From Sandaracinaceae bacterium (GTDB taxonomy: Bacteria; Myxococcota_A; Polyangia; Polyangiales; Sandaracinaceae): DNA of 64,000 nt. This document shows, one piece after another, positions 8,812 through 18,442 of the stretch. The stretch lies in assembly GCA_044220955.1 (NCBI GenBank), contig JBGAQA010000005.1:73052-137051 (forward strand). Reading direction: 5' to 3'. Numbering within the stretch: position 1 is the stretch's first letter; every line of letters begins with the position of its first letter. The notes below the pieces were generated by a model. That model saw nothing but the letters and a program-made list of their open reading frames with translations, was not told where the DNA came from and ran no database searches. Position numbers and translations under genes: made by a program.

Positions 8812-9876
8812 ATGCTCGCCGCTGCCCGCGTGGACATTCGCCTCGCACGCCCCGAGCTCGGCCCCGCCGCCATCACCGCCGCCACGCGCGTGCTCGAGAG
8901 CGGCATGCTCGTGCAGGGCGCGATCGTGGAGCGCTTCGAGCGGGCGATCGCCGAGCGTGTCGGCCGCAAGCACGCGGTCGCCGTCGCCAACGGGACCTGC
9001 GCGCTCGAGCTCGCCATCGAGGCGCTCGGGCTGCGCGGCAAGCGCGTCGCCGTCCCCGCGCTCACCTGGCCGAGCCCCGCGAACGCCGCCCTCGTGCGGG
9101 GCGCGCGCCCGGTGCTCGTCGACGTCGACCCTGACGAGTGGAACGTCCGCGCGATCCCCGACGGGCTCGATGCGGCGATCGTGATCGATCAGCTCGGCGT
9201 CCCCGCGCGCCACGGCGCGCTGCGCGCGCCCGTGGTCATCGAGGACGCCGCGTGCGCCATCGGGAGCACCCTCGACGGCCGGGCGTGCGGCGCGTTCGGC
9301 GCGATCGCGTGCCTCTCCTTCCACCCGCGCAAGGTGCTGACGACCGGGGAGGGCGGCATGTGCCTGACCGACGACGACACGCTGGCGGCGCGCCTGCGGC
9401 GGCTGCGCAACCACGGACAGACGACGCCGGGCGTCTTCGACGAGGCGTCGGGCAACCACCGGCTGACCGAGATGGCCGCCGCGATCGGGCTCGCGCAGCT
9501 CGAGGGGCTCGACCTGCTCCTGGCGCGCCGGCGCGCCATCGCCGACCGGTACCGCGCCGAGCTCGCCGGGACGGGACTCGCGTTCCAGGCGCTGCCTCCC
9601 GGCGCGACGCGGAACGAACAGACCTTCGGAGTGCTCGCGCCGGACGGTGCGAGGCGCGACGCGCTGATCGCGGCGCTCGTCGCGCGCAGCATCGAGGCAG
9701 GCAAGCTCTCGTACGCGCTCGGGCGGCTCCCGAGCCTGGCAGCCGTCGAGCGAGCCTCGAGCCTCGCCGTGTCCGAGTCGATCGCCGACCGCGGGCTCGC
9801 GCTGCCCCTGCACGGCGGCCTCTCGGACGCCGACGTGACGCGGATCCTGAGCGCCGTCCTCGAGGTGTGCAGGTGA
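8812..9876 (+). CDS. DegT/DnrJ/EryC1/StrS family PLP-dependent aminotransferase
   Basis: ANGT.ALEL, IEDAACAIGS, SFHPRKVLTTGEGG (PLP lysine), LRNHG, GNHRLTEMAAAIG. The start could be the GTG near 8829. Confidence 0.9.
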   Translation: MLAAARVDIRLARPELGPAAITAATRVLESGMLVQGAIVERFERAIAERVGRKHAVAVANGTCALELAIEALGLRGKRVAVPALTWPSPANAALVRGARPVLVDVDPDEWNVRAIPDGLDAAIVIDQLGVPARHGALRAPVVIEDAACAIGSTLDGRACGAFGAIACLSFHPRKVLTTGEGGMCLTDDDTLAARLRRLRNHGQTTPGVFDEASGNHRLTEMAAAIGLAQLEGLDLLLARRRAIADRYRAELAGTGLAFQALPPGATRNEQTFGVLAPDGARRDALIAALVARSIEAGKLSYALGRLPSLAAVERASSLAVSESIADRGLALPLHGGLSDADVTRILSAVLEVCR

Positions 9877-10823
9877 GCGACGCAGCACCGGTGGTCGAGA
9901 TCCGCGGTCTGCACAAGACGTTCGAGGTCGGCTTCTTCAAGAAGCGCGTCGAGGCCGTGCGCGGCGTCGACTTCGAGGTGCGGGAGGGCGAGATCTTCGG
10001 CGTCCTCGGGCCGAACGGCGCAGGCAAGACGACCACGATCAAGATGCTGCTCCGCCTCATCTTCCCGACGAGCGGCACGATCCGCCTCTTCGGGCGCGAC
10101 CGGCCCGGCCCGGCCGAGATGCGTCGCCTCGGCTACCTGCCCGAGAACCCCTACGTCTACCAGTACCTGCGCGCGCACGAGTTCCTCGACCTCTGCGGGC
10201 GCCTCTGCGGCATGGGCGCCGCCGAGCGCAAGAAGCGCAGCGACGAGGTGATCGCGTTGGTCGGCCTCGCGCACGCGGTGGACCGCCCGATCGGCAAGTT
10301 CAGCAAGGGCATGACGCAGCGGATCGGCCTCGCGCAGGCGCTCCTGCACGACCCCGAGCTCTTGATCCTGGACGAGCCGATGAGCGGCCTGGACCCCATC
10401 GGACGCAAGGAGGTCCGCGACCTCGTCCTCGACGAGAAGCGCCGCGGAAAGACGGTGCTCTTCACGAGCCACATCCTCACCGACGTGGAGAAGCTCTGCG
10501 ACCGCGTCGTGATCGTGAACGGAGGCAAGGTCACGGCCTACGGCGCGCTCGACACGCTGCTCAAGCCCGAGGTGCGCCGCGTCGAGCTCGAGCTCGAGGG
10601 CGTGAGCGAGACGCTCGAAGCAGAGCTCGCGTCTCTGGGAGCGAAGGTCCGTGGACGGCACGGCGCGGCGACGATCTTCGTGATCGAGGGCGACGAGGCG
10701 CGAGGACCGGTCGTGGAGCGCGCCGTCGCGGGCGGCGCCAAGATCCGGGCGCTCGCGGAGCAGCGCGAGACGCTCGAAGACCTCTTCGTGAAGGGCGCGC
10801 TGAAGGACCACCGCGAGGCGTAG
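9873..10823 (+). CDS. ABC transporter ATP-binding protein (ABC-2 type, resembling myxobacterial PilH-like ATPases)
   Basis: GPNGAGKTT, FSKGMTQR, LILDEPMSGLDP, FTSH; GTG overlaps the upstream stop. Confidence 0.9.
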   Translation: MSDAAPVVEIRGLHKTFEVGFFKKRVEAVRGVDFEVREGEIFGVLGPNGAGKTTTIKMLLRLIFPTSGTIRLFGRDRPGPAEMRRLGYLPENPYVYQYLRAHEFLDLCGRLCGMGAAERKKRSDEVIALVGLAHAVDRPIGKFSKGMTQRIGLAQALLHDPELLILDEPMSGLDPIGRKEVRDLVLDEKRRGKTVLFTSHILTDVEKLCDRVVIVNGGKVTAYGALDTLLKPEVRRVELELEGVSETLEAELASLGAKVRGRHGAATIFVIEGDEARGPVVERAVAGGAKIRALAEQRETLEDLFVKGALKDHREA

Positions 10824-10856
10824 CGAGACGTCGCGAGAGCGAGGAGACGGACCGAG

Positions 10857-11285
10857 ATGGCGAGCCGCGTGACACCGAAGGAGGCGCACCAGCGCATGAC
10901 GCGCGATGGCCACGCGTACCTCGACGTGCGGACGGTCGCCGAGTTCGAGGCGGGTCACCCGGCGGGCGCGTACAACGTGCCGCTGCTCGTCGACGGCCCC
11001 GGCGGGCGCGCGCCGAACGCGGCGTTCCTCGCCGCCGTGGGCCGGGCGTTCGCGAAGGACCAGAACCTCGTCGTCGGCTGCCTCGCGGCCACGCGCTCTG
11101 CGCGGGCCGCCGAGATGCTCGAGGAGGCGGGCTTCACGAGCGTGGTCGTTCAGTTCGCCGGATGGGGTGGCCTCGCCGACGCCTTCGGTCGCGTCACCGA
11201 GCCTGGCTGGAAGGCTGCCGGTCTGCCGGTCGCGAACGCGGCCGAGCCGGGGCGCAGCTGGGCAGAGCTCGGCGCGAAGCGATGA
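10857..11285 (+). CDS. Rhodanese-like domain protein
   Basis: YLDVRTVAEFEAGHPAGAYNVP; active-site loop GCLAATRS. Confidence 0.88.
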   Translation: MASRVTPKEAHQRMTRDGHAYLDVRTVAEFEAGHPAGAYNVPLLVDGPGGRAPNAAFLAAVGRAFAKDQNLVVGCLAATRSARAAEMLEEAGFTSVVVQFAGWGGLADAFGRVTEPGWKAAGLPVANAAEPGRSWAELGAKR

Positions 11286-12205
11286 GGAGTCTCACCGAGC
11301 TCGCCCTCGCGCGGCAGACCGCCGGCAGGGCGCGCCTGGCGCTGCTCCGTGATGCCGCCGAGGCCGTCGCCGAGGAGGTGCGCGCCGCGCCCGCGCGCTC
11401 GGCCGTTCACGTCGTGGTCGATCGCGTTCTCGTCGAGAGACAGAGGGTGCTGCCCGACGCGCGCCTCGTCTCGCCGCTCGTCGCGCTCGTCCGCCGCGCG
11501 CTCGTGATCGTCGCCGCGGACGGTACGCGGATCCTCGTCGATCCGACCGACGCTGGGCCCTGCACGCCCTACGAGGAGCGCATCGCGTCGCGTCACCCGC
11601 TCGCGCGACGAGCCCTCGCCGCGCGCGCCGCGGACGCCGCCTGGCCCGAGGTCGACGTCGTCGTCTCGACGTCGCTCGCGCTGCGCTCGGTCGCGCGCGC
11701 GCGTCCCGCGCTGGCCCGTTTGCGCTGGATCGCGCCGAAGCAGGAGCTCGAGGTCGCTCGCGAGCCGCCTCCCCTCGAGCTCGCGCGCTATGCGCGGACG
11801 CCCGCGGAGCTCGAGCCGTTCGTCGGCTCACGCGTGCTCGCACCCGGCGTGGTGGTGGTGGAGACGCCCGGGCCGACGGCCGGTCACGCGTCGGTCGCGT
11901 TCTCGCTCGGCGGGCAGGTCTTCGTGCACACGCACTCGGGCGTGACCGTGGACGCCTGGTCGCCCTACGAGTCGCGCATCCCCGGCCTGCGCGAGGCCGT
12001 GCGCCTGCGCAACGTCGAGGCCGTGCTGCGCGGCGACGCGACCGATCCGGCCCTCGCCCTCGAGGCGATGGCGATCGAGCGCGCGCTGGCCGACCGGCGC
12101 GACGACGAGCCGGCGATGCTTCGGATCGTCCCGGCGATGGAGCTCGAGCCCTCGATCTTCACGCCGCTGCTCAGGCCGGTCCTCTCCGCGCTGAGCACCC
12201 GCTGA
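11282..12205 (+). CDS. Degenerate metallo-beta-lactamase-fold protein
   Basis: ILVDP, VDVVV, LAPGVVVVETPGPTAGHASV resemble the MBL scaffold, but HxHxDH is absent. ATG overlaps the rhodanese stop. Confidence 0.55.
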   Translation: MRSLTELALARQTAGRARLALLRDAAEAVAEEVRAAPARSAVHVVVDRVLVERQRVLPDARLVSPLVALVRRALVIVAADGTRILVDPTDAGPCTPYEERIASRHPLARRALAARAADAAWPEVDVVVSTSLALRSVARARPALARLRWIAPKQELEVAREPPPLELARYARTPAELEPFVGSRVLAPGVVVVETPGPTAGHASVAFSLGGQVFVHTHSGVTVDAWSPYESRIPGLREAVRLRNVEAVLRGDATDPALALEAMAIERALADRRDDEPAMLRIVPAMELEPSIFTPLLRPVLSALSTR

Positions 12206-12265
12206 GTCTCGCGCGAGGTCGTGGATCCGCTCGCCGCGCCGGCGCGGGCCGCTATGCTCGCGCCG

Positions 12266-12979
12266 ATGGCGCGCGGCATCGACGAGTGGGTAGGCACCAG
12301 GACCGGCCAGCGACTCGCGCGCGGGCTGATCGACTACTTCTCCGCCACGATCACCGGCGCCGACCACGTGCCGCGTCGCGGCGGTGCGCTGCTCGTCGGC
12401 AACCACGGCGTGTTCGGGCTGGACGCGTTCATCCTCGCCGCGCTGCTGGCGCGGGACGTGGGCCGCATGCCGACCTGGCTCGGCGAGCGCCACCTCTGGG
12501 CGACCCCGCTGCTGCCGCGCGCGCTCGACTTCGTCGGCGCGATCGAGGGCGAGCCGGAGGCGGCCACGCGGCATCTGTCCCGGGGAGAGCTGGTCGTCGT
12601 CTATCCGGGCGGCATCCACGACTCGTTCAAGCCCGCGAGCGAGCGACATCGCCTGCAGTGGGGGTCGCGCGCCGGCTTCGCGCGCGTGGCGATGAGGGCT
12701 CGGGTGCCGGTCGTGCCCGTCGCGGCGTGCGGCGTGGACGATGCGTACCGCGTGGTCGCGCGCGAGCCGGGGCTCGGACGGCTCCTCTTCGGCGATGCTC
12801 GCTACAACTTCCCGATCGTCCTGGGTCGCCGCGGCACCCTCCTGCCCCGCAGAGTCCCGGTGTCTTTCCACGTGCTCGCCCCCATCGACACGCGCGGGGA
12901 CGTCGCGATGGCCGACGACGTCGAGCGCGTGCGCGCCGCGACGCACGACGCCCTGACGCAGGTGCTCTCGAGACACTGA
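12266..12979 (+). CDS. Lysophospholipid acyltransferase family protein (PlsC-like)
   Basis: LLVGNHGVFGLD (HxxxxD-type), VVYPGG, GFARVA..VPVVPVA. Confidence 0.85.
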   Translation: MARGIDEWVGTRTGQRLARGLIDYFSATITGADHVPRRGGALLVGNHGVFGLDAFILAALLARDVGRMPTWLGERHLWATPLLPRALDFVGAIEGEPEAATRHLSRGELVVVYPGGIHDSFKPASERHRLQWGSRAGFARVAMRARVPVVPVAACGVDDAYRVVAREPGLGRLLFGDARYNFPIVLGRRGTLLPRRVPVSFHVLAPIDTRGDVAMADDVERVRAATHDALTQVLSRH

Positions 12980-13081
12980 TCTCGTCCACGCGCGACGTCG
13001 CGGGCACCACGAGGTCGCGCTCGCGTATTCTCGCCGCGCGCTCGTCGATCTCGGCGGGGCGACGGATCGAGGAGAAGCCGT

Positions 13082-14197
13082 GTGAGGAAGCAGCACGCCC
13101 TGTTCGCGGCGACCGCGCCGGGCCTCGAGCCGATGGCGCTCTCGGAGCTGCGCGCGCTCGGCGTCGAGGGCACGAGGCAGGTCCCGGGCGGCATCGAGCT
13201 CGCCGCGGATCGCGCGCAGACGATGCGGCTACTCGTGGAGCTCCGTACGGTGAGCCATCTGCTCGTGCGCGTGGCGACGTTCCGAGCCGACCGCTTCGAC
13301 CGCCTGGAGCGCGAGGTGCGGAGGATCGACTGGCGCGCCTGGCTCGCGCCGGGCGTCGCGCGGACCGTGCGGGCGAGCGCCGAGAAGTCGCGCCTCTACC
13401 ACACGGGCGCGATCGCCGAGCGCGTCGGACGCTTCGTCACGGAGTCGCTCGGGGACGCCGGCCCCGAGGGGCCGGACCCGGTGACGATCGCGGTGCGCCT
13501 GGTGCACGACGAGGTGACGCTCTCGATCGACCTCGCGGGCGAGCCGCTCCATCGCCGCGGCTACCGGCTCGACCCCGGCAAGGCGCCACTGCGCGAGGAC
13601 CTCGCCGCGGCGCTGGTCCTCGCGTCGGGCTGGGACGCCGCCCATCCGCTCATCGACCCGATGTGCGGCTCGGGCACGATCGCGATCGAGGCGGCGATGA
13701 TCGGCGCACGCATCGCGCCCGGGCTCGCGCGGAGCTTCGCGGTGGAACGGACACGCCTCGGGACCAAGGCCGACGTCGAGCGCGCCAAGCGCGCGGCGCG
13801 CGAGGCGCGAGCGCCCCGGACGCCCTCGGTCTTCGCCTCGGATCGCGACGCGCACGCGGTCGATCGCGCACGGGAGAACGCCGCACGCGCCGGTGTGGAG
13901 ATCACGCTCGAGGTGATCCCCCTCTCGTCCGTGACGGCCGAGGGCCGAGAGGGTGCCACCGTGGTCACCAACCCGCCCTGGGGTGAGCGCCTCGGCGAGG
14001 CGGGCGCCGGCCTCGATCGCCTGCACGCGGCGCTCGGCGCGCTCGTCCGCCGGCTCGGCCCGCACGCGCGTCTCGCGCTGCTCGCGCACGACCCGCGCCT
14101 CGCGCGCGCGGTCGGCATCCCACTCCGGACGGCGTTCCTCACCGACGCGGGCGGGATGAAGGTGCGCGCGCTCGTCGGGGGAGCGGCGAACGGGTGA
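13082..14197 (+). CDS. THUMP-domain class I SAM-dependent RNA methyltransferase (RlmL-like)
   Basis: GLE..L..EL, GEPLHRRGYR..APLREDLAAA, DPMCGSGTI.IEAA, VTNPPWGER. Confidence 0.88.
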   Translation: MRKQHALFAATAPGLEPMALSELRALGVEGTRQVPGGIELAADRAQTMRLLVELRTVSHLLVRVATFRADRFDRLEREVRRIDWRAWLAPGVARTVRASAEKSRLYHTGAIAERVGRFVTESLGDAGPEGPDPVTIAVRLVHDEVTLSIDLAGEPLHRRGYRLDPGKAPLREDLAAALVLASGWDAAHPLIDPMCGSGTIAIEAAMIGARIAPGLARSFAVERTRLGTKADVERAKRAAREARAPRTPSVFASDRDAHAVDRARENAARAGVEITLEVIPLSSVTAEGREGATVVTNPPWGERLGEAGAGLDRLHAALGALVRRLGPHARLALLAHDPRLARAVGIPLRTAFLTDAGGMKVRALVGGAANG

Positions 14198-14236
14198 CGG
14201 AGCGCTCGGCGGGGAGACGCCGGGGCGGAACGCGCT

Positions 14237-14554
14237 TCAGGTCGCGAGCTCGGGTGGGGCGAGCGGCCCCTGGACGGCGCAGCACTGCCACAGCCCGCGC
14301 GCCTCGCAGCTGTCGGGACGCCCCCCGACGTAGTCGCACTCGCAGCTCGCGCACGGGTCACCCGCGTCCGGCGGCCCGGCGTCCGCGAGCGACGTGTCGG
14401 GGCTGGCCGCGTCGGGGCGCGCGGCGTCCGCGCCGGCCGCGTCCGGCGCATCGCCGGGCCGCAGATGCGAGGCGTAGCAGCCGCTGAGGCTGGTCACGCA
14501 CGAGACGAGCGCGACGGCGCGCGCGAACCGGAGGTAGTGCGGAGTCGGTGCCAC
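14237..14554 (-). CDS. Small lipoprotein ending in GPLAPPEL
   Basis: Lipobox LSGC, DA-rich linker, C..C.C...C....CC, then GPLAPPELAT; GAGG upstream of GTG. Confidence 0.65.
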   Translation of the reverse strand: MAPTPHYLRFARAVALVSCVTSLSGCYASHLRPGDAPDAAGADAARPDAASPDTSLADAGPPDAGDPCASCECDYVGGRPDSCEARGLWQCCAVQGPLAPPELAT

Positions 14555-14604
14555 GTTGAGCCTCGCTCCAGCCGTAGCAACCGCGGTGCCGTACCATCAC
14601 GCCC

Positions 14605-15861
14605 ATGGCCCGGGTCGGCTCCATCCTCTCGCTCGCGCTCGCGGTGCTCGCCGCGTGCGCGAGCGCCTCTCCCCGGCCCGGCGGAGGGACGATGGACCGG
14701 GCGCCCAGCTTCGAAGACGACGTCGCGTTCTTGCGCGCGCACGTCCCCGACACGCTCGTGCTCGCGCGCGGCGACGCGCGCGTGGCGGTCGTGCCGGAAT
14801 TCCAGGGCCGCGTGATGACGAGCAGTGCGCGCGGCGAGACCGGCGCGAGCTGCGGCTGGCTGAACCGCGCCGCGATCGCGAGCGGCGTGCGCCAGCCGCA
14901 CATGAACGCGTTCGGCGGCGAGGATCGCTTCTGGCTCGGGCCCGAGGGCGGACAGTTCGGCCTCTATTTCGCGCCCGGCGTGCCCTTCGACCTGCCGCAC
15001 TGGCAGGTGCCCGAGCCCATCGACTGGGGCCGCTGGGAGATCGGGGCCCGAAGCGACACCGCGGTCCTGTTCCGGCGCGACATGGATCTCGTCAACGCGA
15101 GCGGGACGCGCTTCGCGATCCACGCCGAGCGGCAGGTGCGCCTCCTCGACGAAGACGAGGTGAGCGCCCTCGCCGGGGCCCGGAGCGACGTCGCCGCGGT
15201 CGGCTACGCGTCGATCAACGCGATCACGAACGTCGGGGAGGCGGCGTGGCAGCCCGAGACCGGGCTCGTGTCCATCTGGATCCTCTCGATGTACCCGCCA
15301 TCGCCGCGCGCGGTGGTCGTGATCCCGTTCCGCACGGACGGCACCGGCCCCATCGTCAACGACGCGTACTTCGGGCCCGTGCCGCCGGAGCGCCTCCGCG
15401 TCGATCGGGCGCGGGGCGTCCTCTTCTTCCGCGCCGACGGACGGCGGCGCAGCAAGATCGGCGTGCCCGCGGGCCGCGCGCTGCCGACCCTCGGAAGCTG
15501 GGATCCCGAGCGCGGCGTGCTCACGATCGTGCGCGCGACGCTGCCGGAGGCGCACGACGAGGGCCGGACACGCTACGTGAACAGCATGTGGGAGACCCAG
15601 CGCGAGCCCTACGCGGGCGACGTGGTGAACAGCTACTGCGACGGCCCGCCCGGCCCGGGCCTCCCGCCGCTCGGGCCCTTCTACGAGCTCGAGTCGAGCT
15701 CGCCCGCCGCCGCGCTCGCGCCGGGCGAGCGCACGGAGCACACGCAGACGACCCTGCACGTCGAGGGACCGCGCGACGCGCTCGACGCGATCGCGCGCTC
15801 GGCGCTGGGTGTGGATCTCGACACCATCGAGCACGCGCTCGACCCCGCGAGCGGATCGTGA
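14605..15861 (+). CDS. Lipoprotein of unknown function (DUF6786-like, possibly galactose-mutarotase-like fold)
   Basis: Lipobox LAAC; QGRVMTS, GGEDRFWLGPEGGQF, YVNSMWE, FYELESSSPA. Confidence 0.65.
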   Translation: MARVGSILSLALAVLAACASASPRPGGGTMDRAPSFEDDVAFLRAHVPDTLVLARGDARVAVVPEFQGRVMTSSARGETGASCGWLNRAAIASGVRQPHMNAFGGEDRFWLGPEGGQFGLYFAPGVPFDLPHWQVPEPIDWGRWEIGARSDTAVLFRRDMDLVNASGTRFAIHAERQVRLLDEDEVSALAGARSDVAAVGYASINAITNVGEAAWQPETGLVSIWILSMYPPSPRAVVVIPFRTDGTGPIVNDAYFGPVPPERLRVDRARGVLFFRADGRRRSKIGVPAGRALPTLGSWDPERGVLTIVRATLPEAHDEGRTRYVNSMWETQREPYAGDVVNSYCDGPPGPGLPPLGPFYELESSSPAAALAPGERTEHTQTTLHVEGPRDALDAIARSALGVDLDTIEHALDPASGS

Positions 15862-16313
15862 GCGGGCGTGAGCCGATCGGCACCTGGTTCTTCTCGCTCG
15901 TGGTCGTGCGCGACGCAGAGCGCTTCCTGCTCGTTCACGAGCGCAAGCACGGCCAGGCCTGGTACCTGCCGGCGGGTCGGGTCGAGCCCGGAGAGACGCT
16001 CGCGGAGGCGGCCGTCCGCGAGACGCGGGAAGAGACCGGCGTCGACGTCGAGCTCGAAGGCCTGCTCCGCCTCGAGCACCGACCGCTCGGCCCGAGCGCG
16101 AGGCTCCGCGCGTTCTTCCTCGCGCGCCCCTGCCCGGGGTCCTCGCCACGCGCGACCCCGAACGAGCACTCGCTCGGCGCGCGCTTCGTCACGCTCGACG
16201 AGGCGAGCGCGCTCCCGCTCCGCGGCGACGAGGTGATGGAGATCCTCCGCTACGCCGCACGCGCACCCGCGCTCCTCCCGATGTCGATGGTCGTCGTGGA
16301 AGGGACGCCGTGA
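15858..16313 (+). CDS. NUDIX hydrolase
   Basis: Nudix box GRVEPGETLAEAAVRETREETG. Confidence 0.9.
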   Translation: MSGREPIGTWFFSLVVVRDAERFLLVHERKHGQAWYLPAGRVEPGETLAEAAVRETREETGVDVELEGLLRLEHRPLGPSARLRAFFLARPCPGSSPRATPNEHSLGARFVTLDEASALPLRGDEVMEILRYAARAPALLPMSMVVVEGTP

Positions 16314-16350
16314 CTCGCGCCGTCGGAGGCCCGTCGGCGCATCGAGAGCG

Positions 16351-17676
16351 TCAGGGGCACGCGCCGACGCTGCGGAACGCGCGGCTCTCGATCACCGACC
16401 CGTCGGCGCGCACGGCCTGGATCGCGTAGGCCGCGCCGCCCTCGAGGGTGGAGAGGAGCAAGCGGCCCCCGCCCGCGTCGATCAGGCCCGCAGCGGTCGA
16501 GCCGGTGGGCGCGACCCGCGTCGTCCACGCCGCGCCTCCCCCGAGGCGCCCGCTCGCGAGGAGCGTCATCAGCACCTCGGCGTGCGGCGAGCCCACGTGC
16601 GCGGTGCTGACGCCCATCACGGCGTTGCGGCTCCGTCCGTCGCTCGGGAGCAGGCGATCGACCCACGTCGCGTTGCTCGAGGTGTTGCGACCGTGGTGGC
16701 TCGCGTGGAGCACGTCGACGCCGCGCGCGTCGAGCCCGGCCGCCGCGCCGAGGCGCGAGGCGTAGAAGCTCTCGACGTCGTCGGTCACGGAGCCGCCGCC
16801 CGTGAGGTCCCCCGCGAGCAGCATGCGGAACGCGCCGTGCCGGACGACGGCGACGACGCTGCGCGCGTTCTCTCCGTTGCTGTCCGACGTGAGGAAGGGC
16901 GAGACGGCCGTGTCGTAGCGATCGGCGCCGATGAAGCCGTTGGCCGCGACGAAGTCGAGCATGGCGCCGCCGCCGAGCGCGCGGTCGGCGCTCGCCAGCG
17001 CCGCGCAGTCGACGACCGGGTACGTCCCGACCCAGCTGCCCGGCGCGCAGGGCGGCGCGGAGGCCGCGACGCAGAGACCGAGGCCCGCTCCGGGACGCGC
17101 CGCGGTCGCGTCGCAGATCGCCTGGATCGTGGTGTCGTTCGCGGCGGCCGTGAAGTCGGTGAAGCCTCGGTGGACGATCCGGCCGGAGAGCGTGATGCGG
17201 CCGAGCAGCCCGGTGAGGCCGTCGCCGTGGTCGGAGTGGAAGTGCGTGATCACGATGTCGTCGACCACGGTCGCGCCCGTGAGCTCGCTCAGGGCGCTCG
17301 CCACGTCGTCGTCGTGGCTGTCGTTGCCGACGTCGACGACGACGATGGTCCCGTCGGGCCCGACGAGGATCGCGGACTCGCCGATCGAGAGCCCCCCGAG
17401 CCCGAGCTGCGCGTAGAAGAGCTCGCCTGGAGCGGGCCGCAGCGGCGAGGTGGGAGCCGCGGGCGGTGGCGCGCACGAGCCGGCGTCGACACGAGCGGCG
17501 TCGATCCCGCCGTCACCCGAAGGTGCGGCGTCGTCGCGCGCGCCGCCGTCGATGCCCCCGGCATCGAGGGCGAGGTACGCGTCGTCGCGCGATGCGGCGT
17601 CGGGCGACGCGGGCGCGGGGCTACACGCGGTGAGGGCGACGAGCGCGAGCGGGAGGAGCGTGAGAGGACGGGGCAC
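16351..17676 (-). CDS. ComEC/Rec2-like metallo-beta-lactamase-fold lipoprotein
   Basis: Lipobox LTAC; ITHFHSDHGDG, EN.RSVV, LAGDL, LHASHHG...SS; no ComEC membrane domain. Confidence 0.8.
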   Translation of the reverse strand: MPRPLTLLPLALVALTACSPAPASPDAASRDDAYLALDAGGIDGGARDDAAPSGDGGIDAARVDAGSCAPPPAAPTSPLRPAPGELFYAQLGLGGLSIGESAILVGPDGTIVVVDVGNDSHDDDVASALSELTGATVVDDIVITHFHSDHGDGLTGLLGRITLSGRIVHRGFTDFTAAANDTTIQAICDATAARPGAGLGLCVAASAPPCAPGSWVGTYPVVDCAALASADRALGGGAMLDFVAANGFIGADRYDTAVSPFLTSDSNGENARSVVAVVRHGAFRMLLAGDLTGGGSVTDDVESFYASRLGAAAGLDARGVDVLHASHHGRNTSSNATWVDRLLPSDGRSRNAVMGVSTAHVGSPHAEVLMTLLASGRLGGGAAWTTRVAPTGSTAAGLIDAGGGRLLLSTLEGGAAYAIQAVRADGSVIESRAFRSVGACP

Positions 17677-17800
17677 GTCGAGCGCGTAGCGGGTGGCGCG
17701 GCCGTCGTCCAGCGCTGTCGTGCGCGCGCGCGGCACGGCTCGTGCTGCCGCTCCGGCGCGCGTGGGCGAGCGGCCCAGCGCGGCACATGGAGAAGCGTCG

Positions 17801-18415
17801 ATGTTCGTCCGAGCCCACGCGCCGACCCTCGCGATCTCGCTCGCCCTCTGCGTCGCCGGCTGCGCGCTCGCGCACGAGCGCGAGACGACCCGCGACGCGG
17901 CCGCGGACGCCGTGATCCTCGTGGACGGCGGCCCAGGGTGCCCGGCGCCGACGGCGTACTTCGAGCCGGGCTGCGGGGCGACCGACGCGCCGGTCACGCC
18001 CGGCTGCTATCGCCCGTGCGCGGGGGCTGGCGATGCGTCGTGCAGCGCGGGCACGGTCTGCCGACGCACCGACGTGAACCCGTGCCTCTGCCGGCCGGGC
18101 CTCGACTGCTGCGGCGCGTGCGGCGCCGAGGCGTGGCTCTGCCTGCCGCCCCCGCCGGTCCGGCCCTGCGAGGCGCGCAGCTACTGCGACTGCACGGGCG
18201 CTTGCGTCCCGCTGATCGACCTCACGACGGGGTGCGTCTGCCCGTGCGACGAGCCCTTCCTCTGCGGCGGGCCGCCCTGCGACTGCGACTGCGGCGGCGC
18301 GACGTACCTCGGCTGCGCGAGCGTCGGCGCGTGCGCGACGCCCGAGCTCGGCTGCCCGGCCGGACAGCGCGCGCTGCTGCGCGATGGCTGCCCCGCCTGC
18401 GTCGGCACGCGCTGA
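17801..18415 (+). CDS. Cys-rich lipoprotein
   Basis: GGAG SD; lipobox VAGC(ALAHE); more than 20 Cys in about 200 aa. Confidence 0.7.
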   Translation: MFVRAHAPTLAISLALCVAGCALAHERETTRDAAADAVILVDGGPGCPAPTAYFEPGCGATDAPVTPGCYRPCAGAGDASCSAGTVCRRTDVNPCLCRPGLDCCGACGAEAWLCLPPPPVRPCEARSYCDCTGACVPLIDLTTGCVCPCDEPFLCGGPPCDCDCGGATYLGCASVGACATPELGCPAGQRALLRDGCPACVGTR

Positions 18416-18442
18416 CGCGGCAGACCTATACTCTCTCGCGAC

